Of a stretch of DNA of 64,000 bases, positions 24,822 to 37,300 are shown piece after piece. The notes beneath the pieces were generated by a model, which made no database searches, had not been told where the DNA came from, and was given only the letters and a program-made list of their open reading frames with translations. The position numbers were made by a program, and so were the translations under genes. Position 1 is the stretch's first letter. Every line of letters starts with the position of its first letter. The stretch spans positions 886,459 through 950,458 of the forward strand of contig JAAOMT010000009.1 of the NCBI GenBank assembly GCA_016748015.1. Direction: 5' to 3'. The DNA comes from Geosiphon pyriformis uo1. Its lineage: Eukaryota > Fungi > Glomeromycota.

Positions 24822-25781
24822 CATGAAATTATCTTTATAATTCCTATCATTAATTAACATATATTATCATTTCAAATTATCACTTAGTATATTAGCAAAA
24901 TGTCCGAAATTATCATTTAATTAATAACCCAATTTGTACATAACACAAATGTAACCTAATTGCGATGATCAATCATGCAATACCCCAAACTATGTAACAT
25001 TCAAAAAGTTTGCCGAAATTTGTAGAAATTCACCGAAATAATTGATAGTTCACCGAAATATCCAATAGTTCGCAGAAATAACCTGTAGTTTGCCAAAATG
25101 TATCTTCAGTTCAGTGAAATTGTAGAAAAGAGCAAAGTTCAAGTTTATAGAATAGTGTTACAACAAGTTGTATAAAAGAAGAGCTTCTCTTTTCGAGAAA
25201 ATGTATCTTACTTTAGATTTATTATTTAGAACCATTTTCTATACACACAAAAAGAAATAAATATCAAATAATTTGAAAAACCAAATTCTTTAAATTATTG
25301 CACTTGGAAAATCTTCAAAACCCAACTAACGTTTTGAAATTGATTAGCTGCCAATTTCAGTAAACTGTTAGTGATTCCAGGCCTGGATAGAAAACATTTC
25401 CCTTGATAAAAATCCTATTTCTTTTATATTTTTTTTATTTTTCTTTTTTTTCTTTTCTTATTACAATCATTAGAGTAGCCTACAGATGAGATTCCTATAG
25501 AAGAGTTGACTTTCACAGCAAAGTAACTACACATATTTTTAGTGAGCTTCTAGATGAGCAATTCCTGGGAAAGAGTTGACATTTGCTACAATATAACTAC
25601 ATAAAGTAACTGACAAGGAATTGGCCATTCTACTTATAAAGCCAGTAGTTCAAATTATAGAAGATAATTTGAAGATAAAAATTCAGTTACTGGAGGTTCA
25701 ACTACTTCCTGAAAATGTGAATTCACAACAAAATTAAAATTAACAACATTCAAGAAAAGAGACCAAAAACCTCTGGTAACA
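24790..25781 (+). repeat. 3' LTR of Gypsy-2
   Basis: Direct repeat of 15908-16899; preceded by purine-rich GAGGAGCAGG. Confidence 0.96.
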
Positions 25782-28700
25782 GTGAAAATCCGGAACCTCA
25801 GATGACAACTCAGAGACATATGCATCAATAGCAGCTTGACTGTTGAGAAACAAGAGCACTGAACAAGAGGACGGAACACATTCCAAAGCAAGAGCAACAG
25901 CCTGCAACTTGGCCATAGTAGGAGATAAAAGGCCACAAATTCTGACACCAATGCTCAAATCCAAAGCTGAGAAATATGCAGTGGCATCACTCGACACATC
26001 AGCAGAACCAGCACTCATCAATGACCTGTCTGTGTAAACCTCAAAACAGCCAGACCAGACCCCATGTAAACTATCCTGCACAGAAGAAAACACATCAGAC
26101 TCCAAAATGTTCAAACCACAAAAATGAGCAGTGCCAGAAGAGCCAGAGGAAAAGAAACCCTTATCCAACAAATACTTAGAAGCAGCCACAAACCAAAGAG
26201 GCACTGGGCTCTGTAGATCTAACCATTTCCAATAACAAAAAGTCTTCTAATCCAACAGAACACTCTTTTTATCAAAGATCCAATCTCCAAAAGCAACATC
26301 ATAACATTTAAGAGACTAAACAGAATCAAAGTACAAAGACTCCCCAAGAATTAAAGACATTGAAAAATGACCAGAATAACAAAAAGCATTAAGGAGGTTG
26401 TTCACCAAAGAGAGACTATTGTCCAAAAAAATCTTCACTACACCCACCAAAAAATTGTTCACCAGGCTAATACACAGCTTGACAGAAGCTTGAAGAAGAT
26501 TCAAGAAAGCCCACCCCTGGATCTGCAAGTCCAGACATCTATGTTCAAACAAGCAACCAAGAATGCCAGGAACATTAGAAAAGGAAATCAAAAAGGCCAC
26601 TTTTGCCTCAAATTGCACTTGCCCAAAAGACTTCAAGCCATATAAAGAGGGGTAATGCAGAGCAGCATCAGGGAAATTGTGAGGTATATGTGCCTTGAAC
26701 TTGAAGTCTTTTTTAACCAAAACATCTCACTTGTGGCAAATACCAGATGAAACAAAACTGAACTGTGTTCGGTAACTAACAATAGACTGTAAAACAGCCA
26801 AGACCAAATAAGAAAATTGCTTATCCATAATTGCTTTCCTTAACACTGTGTGGACAAAAAAATGAACATCTGAGTGAGCTTTGGCCAAACTCGGTTTGGA
26901 CAATCCTTCAGTTAATAAAAAAATACCCAAATATCTGTGAGCTTCACCCTTCTTGGCAATAGAGATCAGCTGACCACTTATACTTAAAAAAGCAAACCTA
27001 ATACCCTGATTAATTGATATAGCCACTGTTTTTTCATTGTTTATAGAGATGTTATTAATAAAAAAGAAATCACTAGCAATATTCAAAGCATACTGCATGG
27101 AAGATTGGCAATCCTCAACCCAAATTATATCATCCACAAAAGCATCAGCAGCAAAGAATGAAGACATCCCACCACTATTCTCGATCCTGCCAGTTTTTGC
27201 CACAAACTTTGTATTAATACAATATCCATACAAATGTTCATGTCTTTTAATCTTACACAAGAGCAGGTCATAGAAAATACACCAAAGAAGAGGCAAAAAG
27301 ACCTTACCCTGATCAAGGCCATCATGTACTCTGTAACCATTTGAGAGACCAAAATCAGTCATCACCCTATTGACCCTGTCCTCATGAATTCCACCAAAAA
27401 ATTTAACAAATTTGTCACATATCTTGATATGATGCAGACTAGCCTTCAAATGGTGCCAACCAACCGAATCATACACCTTGCACATATCCTACAACACCAA
27501 CCAAAGTTCTCTATTTTTTTTGAGAGCATCTTCCACCACTGAACCAACAGCAAACACAGGAGATTGAGTGAAAGTACCTTTCAGCACTGAGAAATTGTTA
27601 CCACAGAAAATGTTAAACTTGCTGCACACAAATGAAATCCTGTCTGAAAGAATCTTGGAGAGAATCTTTCTGGCCATTTTAATCAAGGCAATAGGACAAG
27701 TATTTGTTAGAACCCCATCCCAATCATAAAGTTTTGGAATTATTGAGACCCAGGCTTTCTTCCACAAAGCAGACACAGAACCAACAGACAGACACACATT
27801 CAACAACACCAAGAAGCATTCCATCACCTTCTCATTACCATGCTTCCAAAGTTCATTAGTAATACCAGACAACTCAGCAGCTTTACTATCAGGCAGACCA
27901 CCAATAACCAGAAGCAACTCACTTAAACTAACAGCATTCATAACACCAGAAAAAGCGTCATCCCTAACATGGGCCAAAGGGGCATATTGATGGGCCCAAA
28001 GATCAGGCAGCACTAAAGACACCATCTGCTTTCTCATTCAATCCTCCATAATCCTGTCAATTTTCAACTTCACCTCCTCAGGCTCCAAAACAAGCTTATT
28101 ATCAACCACTAAATGATTCAACACTACTTTCCGAAATGGCTGACCTAAAACACTTCTGATCATGCTGCCCTTGTCAGAGCAAAACTTTTCTATGCGCTTC
28201 TCAATAGCCTCCCTAATAGTAGCCTTCTGTACCAATTTCGATTCATATATCTTGGATTTTCTGTACTCTCTTCTGACAACCAATAAGAACTTAAGAATGT
28301 CAGCCCTTTCCTGACCAGAATCAATCATGTCCACCAACACAAGAGCCTTATCAGCATCCAACATAGACCATTTCCTCACCAGATGGTCAAAATTAGAGGT
28401 ATCAGCCAAGCCAAATTTTTTGACAATTTTGACAATTAACAACTCCAAACCCAGAAATTTAGAAGATTGTTTATTTTTTGAACAACAAAACTCATTAAAC
28501 TAGCACTGGGAAAATGTCACATTTGCAAAATCCACCAAAAATTTTTCCAACAAAAACCACATAATGTCCAAATCACAATCAGCAGCAGCAGCATGAAAAC
28601 TATCTATAACATCTAAAACCATAGCAGAGAAGCAGTCTCTAAAACAAGACCATTTAGCTTCATCCGCATCTTTGATATTAAACTTCCAACAATCTTTGTT

Positions 28701-29444
28701 AGCATGCTTGTGCAAACTATTCAAATGAACATTCAAAAGCCCACCCAATCCGACTGAAACCATAACAGCACTGTAATCAGTGTCGAAGAAGTCTGAAACA
28801 GAGCTCATCCCATGGCTAGCAACAACAGAAGCTAAATTCTTACTAACAAAAATGAAATCAATAGTTTTCTCAACTCCTTTAGAATTATCCCATGTAGGAG
28901 TCCCAACTAAAGGATAACCAGCAAACAAATTGATCAAACCCAAACTTAAGCAGAACTTGAAGCTTGCACTCTTTCCAGATCCATTTTTATTGAAGTTCCC
29001 ACTCAGAATGACATAAGTGCTAGAATTAGCAGCCTTAGCAATGAGAGAGTTAACCTCAAAAACCTGACCAAAACAGACACCAGGAGAAACACCAGCATAC
29101 AAACCAACAACAAAAACCGAAAGCTTGTTTTTGAACAAAAGCCACACCACCATGATCCAGCCAGGCACCTCCTCAATCTTAGAAACATGGCAAGCCAAAG
29201 AATTGTTCATGATAACAGCAACACCAGTGCCAAAAAAACCAACCTCCAAATCAGAAGTGAAGATACAAACACCATTATATTCACTTTTGATTTATGGATC
29301 AATAGAAGACCTCAACTCAGTCTTAGTAACAAAAGACACCATATTCCCAGAACTTACATGCCAGTGAACAATGTCTGCTTGTTTCACAGAAACATTGATA
29401 CCCCGAACATTACATATAGCAAATTTCCAGACCAACTCAATTAT
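25782..29444 (-). pseudogene. LINE B ORF2: APE endonuclease, RT, start of RNase H
   Basis: APE motifs CNVRG, TKT.L, GNFN, IDFIFV, DTD; RT motifs YDSVGW, GLDQG, AFVDD, YLGI; RNase H VYTD.S. Confidence 0.92.
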
Positions 29445-31402
29445 TGAGAGGGAAGAGGTACAACTGAACCCAAACCAGAACACAAGAGATCCAATTTCAC
29501 CAACACAGAACCAATCAACACTTCCAAAGCTGACAACTTAGATTCCAAACCACCGACCTTGGAAGTTAGAATTTTTGAACTACTTGGGCCAAGCTCAGCA
29601 ACAGCACCATTAGAAACCAGATGAGAAGAGTTGAAAGAGAGCAATGAAGTGTTCACAGTCATATCCAAACCAGAAATTGGAACATTAAATACAGAAATCT
29701 CCAACAGAAAAACATAGGAGGGGGCTGCCAATGGCACCAATTCAACACCACTTAACCTTTTCAAAATGTCAGAAACTTGATCAGCCAAAAGCTCTAAGGA
29801 GTATTCCAATACTGCCAAACAGTCATTCAGACCAAAAACATTACGAGAAAAAGAATCAACCGAAAGGACCTTTGCACCAAAGAATGCATCAGCACCATGA
29901 AGACCTAAAGACACCATATAAGAGGAAGAGCCACCAGCAATTTGGGCCCATGTCTTGCCACCAAAAGAAACCAAACAAGCAACAGAAGCCAATTTCTTCT
30001 TATAAATTTCAGCCAGACAAACACGATCTTGATCAGTTATCACTTGTCTCTCATGACTGCCAGAATTCCCACCCACTGAATAATCACCACCAACATGACC
30101 AAAATGCTTGCAAATTGCACAACAAGCCAAGAAAAGACCAGCCCAGCACAAATTCACACCCCTAAAAATCAGGACTGAACCAGTCACAGCCAACTTGGCT
30201 GCCTTATTTTCAAAACAAACAACTGCACACCTATTATAAACATATGAATTAGAATTGCAACCAATGAAGCACATCTTTCTATTATAAGACATTAGCAAAT
30301 CAAAAAGGTCATGAGCTGTGGTTCCCACAGGCAGTGTATAAAACAAGACTCAATGCTAATCTCTTGATACCCATGTTTGTTTATTCTCAACAGCCAATAC
30401 CACATGAACCAAATCCTTACCCATAGGAACAGACTACATAGACACAACCAAACCAGCTATTTCCAATGAATCAAACTTCACTAAAGCTTTTTGCCACAAA
30501 CCAATAAGCTGCATTTTGATTGAAATAATTTTGCCAAATTTGAAAAAAACTGATTCCACAGCCAATTTCAGAAGATCAACTGGAATTTTCTTGACAATTA
30601 TCTCCCAATTCAAATGAATATTTGCTTTTTTCAGATTATTATTAACTAAAATTTTCCCATTAACAGCCAATTCTCTAGCCTTATTCAGACTGATTTCAGA
30701 AGTAAAAGAGGATCTGATAATTCTAAGAAACTTTGAGGGAGTAGAGGCTCCCCCAAAACCATCCACTTGATAAAAAATTTTTTTAATTGAAATCAGCTTA
30801 TCACTATTAGTCTTTCTAGGCACATTTGACAACTCTACATTCAAGGCAAACAATTTAACTGGTTCAAAGACGCAATGTTCCAAAACATGTGAAATCACAA
30901 ATGGCAGCTAATTGGATCCAACAAATTTAGCTCCAAAAAGCACCAATTCAGTATTGTTATCACTCATGTTTGTGAAAAAAATTGCCTTTGATGGCTGTTC
31001 CAAAATAAAGGTTCTTGTTTGCATTTTCTTAGAAATTGCATTATTTTCCATTTCATTAGTCTTGGAAGTGTTGGGATCCATGTAACTCGTCTCTTTAGCA
31101 ACCGTGCTTTCCAAATTCTCGGCATCTGACACTTCACTAACACCCGCTTCCTCACTATCTATCTCGCTTTCCCAAGATCTCTGCAGCCTGACATCATCAC
31201 CATGTAGCATACCCACCAAGAGCAGGCCATCTGACAAGTCCATAATGCCATTAGAGACACCAGGCAACTTCGTTTTTTTGTATGAAAGACCATGTGAATA
31301 TACATTCTCAATGCATGCTTTAATTTTTTTGCTGCCAGACCAGGACCCCAACCCAGCTGAATTCAAACTCGAAGCACCAGCAGAAGAATCCACTGGATCC
31401 AT
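29441..31402 (-). pseudogene. LINE B ORF1 (RRM-like domains, CCHC knuckle, C-terminal coiled coil)
   Basis: QLIGLWQKALVKF; CAICKHFGHVGGDY; KVGGLESKLSALE; homologous to the other ORF1s. Confidence 0.88.
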
Positions 31403-31590
31403 AGGCACAAATAAAGGTATGTTTGAAAAAATAACGAAAGGAACAAAGAGAAAAAAGAATAAAAAAGGCTATCTTTTTGACAACTCCAAACTCTCGTTGT
31501 GGTCAGGGGATCAACGAAAGAAAGAGTTTTTTTTATTCTTTAATTTTTTCTTATATTTAATTAATAACTTTTTAAAAATATCAACAAGTT

Positions 31591-31830
31591 AATATTAAGT
31601 TAAATACAAATAAATTATTAAATAATTAAATAATATTATTATAAATAATAGTTTTTTAATTTGTAATTATACATAAAATATTTTTTTAAAATAGATTTTT
31701 TTTTATAAATTTAATGTAATTTAATTTAAATTGAACTTGTGTTTAGTTATATATAAAAAATATGTAAATTGCATCTAATTTAAATTACTTAATTTGATAT
31801 ATTGTATTTTATTGTAGTTGAATTTACATA
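31591..31830 (+). mobile_element. Relic R1 part 3: ORF end and hypermutated shared 3' UTR
   Basis: TTAGTTATATATAAAAAATATGTAAATTGCATCTAATTTAAATTACTTAATTTG aligns to the LINE B 3' UTR sense sequence TTAGCCATATGTAGAAAGTGTGTAAGTCACATTTAGTTTGAGCCACTTAGTCTG by transitions. Confidence 0.75.
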
Positions 31831-34198
31831 TTTTTTTTTTATTATATTTTAACAAGCGAGACCCAAATACTACCTAAAACTATAATACCACATAAGGAAT
31901 TACATTATAGGCGTAAATCATGCGTTTTCTACATGTGATCAGACACTTGGCCCAATCAAGGACTCATTACGTTGAATCAACAGTAGGTGGAAATAATTCC
32001 AACCCACGAATTCTCTCAATAATACCATTTAGATTCCTAGAGTCAAAAATAAACTCACTAAGAAACAATCTAGTAGACTCAATATTGCCTCTGGTTTCAG
32101 TACCAGACATATGCCACAAAGCAATAACATGCTCAATAGTGTCCTCACTTAAAAAGAAAGGCTTAGCAGCCAGCATACCATCATAATCCATATCACTAAA
32201 GTCAACCTCAGATCTAAGACAAGCAATGTCCTTGGAGACCCCAACCAAAAGATTAGAAAAATTGTTAGCAGCACTTTTCATAGAAATGAGATCTTTCTTG
32301 ACCTGAACAGTCTTAGCAGCATTATCATCAAGAAGACGAGACACCAAAGCAACCAAAGAACTAACAGGCTCAACAATAGACTTAACCAGAGCAGCCAAAT
32401 CCGAAATCTGCTTTTTCAAAGAGTCCAATCTAGAACCAACAGCAGGATTAGCAACAGAAGCAGCCAAAGGAGCCACCAAAGGAGAAAACTCAGAAAGACC
32501 AGAAGAAGCAGCAGTCTTGGCATATAAAGCAGAACCCACAAAACAAGACTTGAAAACCTTGGGAACCTTAGGAGTGAGGGGTGGGGAAATCTTGCAATTC
32601 ACGGCCAGATGGCCCATTTCTTGACACCTAAAGTAGCGCTGACAGCCAGAAGTTTCCCACCAGATATGGCATTTCCTTAGAGTACTAGTCTTGACTACAG
32701 CAGAATCTAAATTGCCTTGAAAGTCAAATATAACCAAAGCAAACCAGGAACAATGACCAGAATCAGGAGAACGAGAGATGAAACATGTTCGACCACCAAT
32801 TTGAGAAATCATATCACTGATTTCAAAGGCAGTACAACCAGGGAGAAGATTGACCAATTTGGCTTTAAACTTATCATGAGACAAAATAGTCTCATTTTGA
32901 TTCATCAGAGAGAGGATTCTAACACTATCCTTGCCCACCAAGACTGACCAATGCTTTAAGGCAGACACAGCAGAGTTCAACTTTTCAAAATAAACCACCA
33001 CATACTGCCAAATGCCAGCAGGCTTCAGCACAACATAAGTGACATTATCAAACACACTAAGAGCCAACTTAATGTCAGCAGCAGACACACCCAAAAGTAC
33101 ATCACACAGCACAACAGCAGCAGAAGAGGAACCAAATTCAGAAACCACCAAAGACTTGGCAATTTTGAAAGTGGTCAAATGAACAGAGCTTGTAAGCTCA
33201 ACCAGAAATGCAGCTTCCAAAGACTGTTGAGAAGCAAACTCCACACAAAAAAGCTTCACATTGTCTTTTGAAACAGATTTAGCACCCAAGAAACCATGCA
33301 CAGACTGAAAAACAGTTTTAATATGAGCCAATTTGGTCTTGAAAATAGCACCAGGCACCAGAGTAGAGGCCACTCATCCAGCAAACTTTTGATGACTAGT
33401 AATAGTTTCTCAAGCATCACCAGAAGTAGCACCAGAAACTAGAGAAGGAGATAAATCAGTTTCTATTTGATCAGCCCAGTTCCCAAGAACAGGTGACCCA
33501 ACAGAAGGAGATTGTTTTGCTTCTAAAACTGGCAATAATCTGCCAGAAAACACCACATTTGGCAACACAGCCAGTAGTTGATCTTGGCTTATCTTGGATG
33601 ATGTGCCAGATGATGCTATTGAGATCTTATCTAAGATCTCATTGGGAACCACAAAGAGGTTTAGTGTAACAATAGCAGAGACAAGTGACTGCCCCCACTT
33701 TTCTGAACTTTTGGTCTTTTTGACCATTTTTTTTGAAGAGGTGGTGCCAGAAGCACCAGGTGTTGAGTCTATAGAGGGGAAAACCAGCTTATTTACTGGT
33801 CTATTATTAAAAACTTTTGGGCTCTTAGTTAGGGTGGAGGCAACACTGGGACTAACCCAAGTGTGTCTCTTTGAAGAAACTTTGACTGGTGAAAAACCAG
33901 CCAAAGATGGGGAAGTTGATTCAGTGGCTACCAAAGGCAGCTTTTCATGATTACTGGGTAAGGGAAAGGCTTCTAAAATGTTTTGTCTAGTTGCTTCTAC
34001 AACAGAAAGAGCTCCTCTGGTTGAAATTTTATTAGATATCTTAGGACAGATATCAGGTACAGCCTTTTTACTCTTAGCTCTGGTCGTGGTCATAAAATTA
34101 AGGAGACAAAGAGTTTTTATAATTATTAGTACATATTAAATAAAAATAAAAATAAAAATGTTTTTAAAAAACAAAAAAATTAGTTTTTATTTTATTAA
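31831..34198 (-). mobile_element. ORF1-only non-autonomous non-LTR retrotransposon (HAL1-like)
   Basis: A single ORF1-like frame is followed directly by the LINE-type 3' UTR (31848-31966) and poly(A) (T-run 31831-31840). No APE or RT. Confidence 0.85.
31967..34093 (-). pseudogene. ORF1p-like protein (708 codons: S/T/P-rich N-terminus, RRM-like domains, CCHC, coiled coil); two TGA stops, likely from TGG
   Basis: ORFs 33410-34093 and 31967-33373 are in the same frame. GIWQYVVVYF, WSVLVGKDSVRI, GGRTCFI and (C)FRCQEMGHLAVNC align distantly with LINE ORF1. Confidence 0.85.
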
Positions 34199-34327
34199 TT
34201 TTTTTTTTTATTTAACAAGTAAGGTCTACACACAACCTAGCACTATACATCAAAGAAATAATCTAAACTAGGTGTGAATTATGTATTTTCTACACATGAC
34301 CAGCCACTCGGGCCAGTCAGGACAACA

Positions 34328-37300
34328 CTACACAGCTATATAGACAGAAGCTGAATCACCAATGCCAGAAAAAAACATATAAGACTTGCGAAAACCAAAA
34401 TACACACCAAAAGCTTTATCAATACCAAGCAAATCAACCACACCAGCAGAAAGCTGTGAAATCAAACCGGAGACTGAAATAGGAGATGAACCATCTAAAG
34501 GAATCAGTCCGTGCTTTTCCATATAGGCACAGTGTTTGGCCTGAACCAACCAGATCTCATCTCTAAAAGCGAGGCCAAGAGAACGTGCAAAATTAACAAC
34601 CTCCAAACATGCCACCTTGGGATTATGGAAGACAGAGACAGCTTTACCGAACCATTTATCAAAAACAAAACCCTTATAGAGAGCCATAGACACTGAGGAT
34701 CCTAAAACACAAGACAACAACAACTGCAACAAAACCGAAGAAGAGACAGAAGAACCAGAAAGTGTTTCCCAAGAATTCATGTGTGAATCCAACAACCGAT
34801 GCCAAGCAGAATCATCAACCTTACAAGAAAAAACATGATCCGACACCTCTACATCACCACAATATAAACACAACACACTGGGATAAAGTCTATTATAAAG
34901 CCATTTTCGAACAGCCACAGGCAACTGATAATGCAAAGTCTTCATAAAATAAGAGTGCACATTAGCCGAAATATTGCTAGTGAAACCGGTGGCCATATGC
35001 AGATCAGGATGCCACACCAAAGAAGAGTGGGACCAATTAACATCAGCACACAAGTCGACAGGCAAAAATTTAGAACCAGACCCCACCTCCCAATGTGCAC
35101 GACACATGGCATAAAAAGTGTCATGGATGAAGTGCCTTGAATTGCCAAAGACAATGTTGCCATCAGCCATCAAAAAGTGTTTATCCAGGCGAGGAGGAAG
35201 AAACCAGTCAGAAACAGAAACAGCACCAGCAATCACATCAGCATGCTCATTTCCCGAAATTCCAGAATGACCTTTGACTTTGTGCCAGTTAACTCTTAGG
35301 CCCTTACTGTAAATGACGTTGGCAATATGCTGACATTCAACCCAACACCAATTACGGAAATCAGGAACCACCAAACCCAATTCCGATTTGCAAGCATCCA
35401 AAGCAGACTGACTATCCGAAAATAAATGAACAACACTAAAAACAGGAATACACTCGAGAGCCAACGCAATTGTCTGTAACTCAGCCATGGTAGATGACAT
35501 CAACCCAGACATGCCAACACCCAAATCCACACCAATGTCCTCGAAAAAGGCCGCAGCACCTGCTTCATAGCCAACTGTACCCAAATTTCTCAATGACCCA
35601 TCAGTGTAGACTGATAGCACCCTTGCATTAACTTGCGAAAGACAATCACAGACAGACACAAAATCAAAAAAACCCAGAATGTTCAAGGAACCAATATTAG
35701 CAAGAAGAGGGATGCGGACAGGAGAGGGATGCGGACAGGAGAGGAATCCTCACCAGCAAGAAACACAGCAGAAAGTCTGAACCACTCAGGAATAGGGCCA
35801 TGGAGGTCCAGTTTCTTCCATTGCTTAAATGTGGACCAATCAAAGACAGTACCATAATGATCACAAAGTTGGTCTACAAAGGCCACACCATACCGCCAAA
35901 GCAAGAGGAGACACCTAGAGAAAACTGATTCACCCAAAACAGTCGACATGGGTGTTTCACTATTGGCATGAAAGGAATTGGAAAAGGATCCACCCAATGA
36001 CAACTTGCAATTATAAAGCATGTACACCACACCCGCCAAAAAATTATTAGAAGCACTAACACAAATGTGAACAGGAGAACTCAATGGATGAATAGGGCAC
36101 CAACACAAAATCGCAGGTCATGAGACCTATGAGAGAACAAACATCCCACAATCCCACCAGAGTTGGCAAAATTAATAAGAGAAGCAACCTTGCCTTTAGA
36201 CTGAATCTGCAGGAAAGATTTCAAACCATAAAAAAAGAGGTGGTGGATCAAATCACTAGGAAAGTCAAGCAGAAGTCCAGATTTGAGCTTCAGGCTCTTA
36301 CGAATCATAGCATCCCACTTGTTACAAATGCCTATAGGAACAAAGCTAAATTGTGTCCTGTAGCTAATTATAGGTTGGAGAACTGCTGAAACCAAATATA
36401 AGAACTGCTTATCTGAGATAGCTTTTTTCAGAACCAAATTTGTAAAAAAACGAACGTCTGAATGCGCCTTAGCTAAACTGGGTTTGGAAAGACCCTCAGT
36501 TGACAGAAATATGCCCAAATACTAATGGGATTCACCCTTTTTGGCAACAAAGATAGGTGAACTACTAATGAAAAGAGCGGGATTTCCAATTTTACAATTG
36601 ATAGGAATAGCTACTGTCTTGTCATTGTTTATTGATATGTCATTAATCCGAAAAAACTCACTAGCAACATCCAAAATGTGTTGAGTAGCTCTCTGACTAC
36701 TGCCAACCCAAATTGTATCATCAACAAAGACGCCAACGGCAAAATAGGAAGAAAGCCCAGCTTGCGATTTGACATGACCACTCTTGGAAACAAAATGAGA
36801 AATTAACCTATACTCACAGACACTTTCCTGACGCTTGACTTTGCACAAAAGGAGATCATAAAAAATGCGCCACAGGAAGGGGGAAAAGACCTCTCCTTAA
36901 TCTAAACTATCATGGACATGATAATTATCTGTCAAACCAAAATCTGTCATGACTCGATTAGTGCGACTTTTGTGAATGCCACCAAAAAACCGAATAAACT
37001 TGTCACACATTTTAATTCTGACCAAACACTTCTCCAAATGCTCCCAGTCAACAGAATCATACATCTTCCTCATATCCTGCAGGACCAGCCAAAGCTCTCG
37101 GTTCTTTTCCAGGGCATCTTCAACAACCAAACCAACTGCAAAATTGAGGGACTGTGTCATTGTACCTTTCAAAACCAAAAAATTGTCACCACGAAAGACA
37201 TCATAAGTGCTGCATGCTGAAGAAATTCTGTCTGAGAGTATTTTGAAAAGAATCTTGCAAGTTGTCTCAATCAGTGCAATAGGACGAGTATTTGTAAGAA

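Larger units (their letters stand above)
15908..25781 (+). mobile_element. Gypsy-2: full-length, inactivated Ty3/Gypsy LTR retrotransposon carrying dUTPase (family distinct from Gypsy-1)
   Basis: 992-bp LTRs at 15908-16899 and 24790-25781 (TGTTACC...GGTAACA); PBS; PPT-like tract; 4-bp TSD GTGG (15904-15907) / GTGA (25782-25785). Confidence 0.96.
14776..31590 (-). mobile_element. LINE B: full-length APE-RT-RNaseH non-LTR retrotransposon, interrupted by Gypsy-2
   Basis: ORF1 31402-29441; ORF2 29444-25782 plus 15907-14897; conserved 3' UTR at 14780-14896. The 5' boundary is approximate. Confidence 0.92.

Noticed and set aside
33594-33950. Numerous 60-160-aa antisense or alternate-frame ORFs over the LINE and Gypsy coding regions
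   Set aside because: Shadow ORFs with no motifs, not conserved between paralogous copies.
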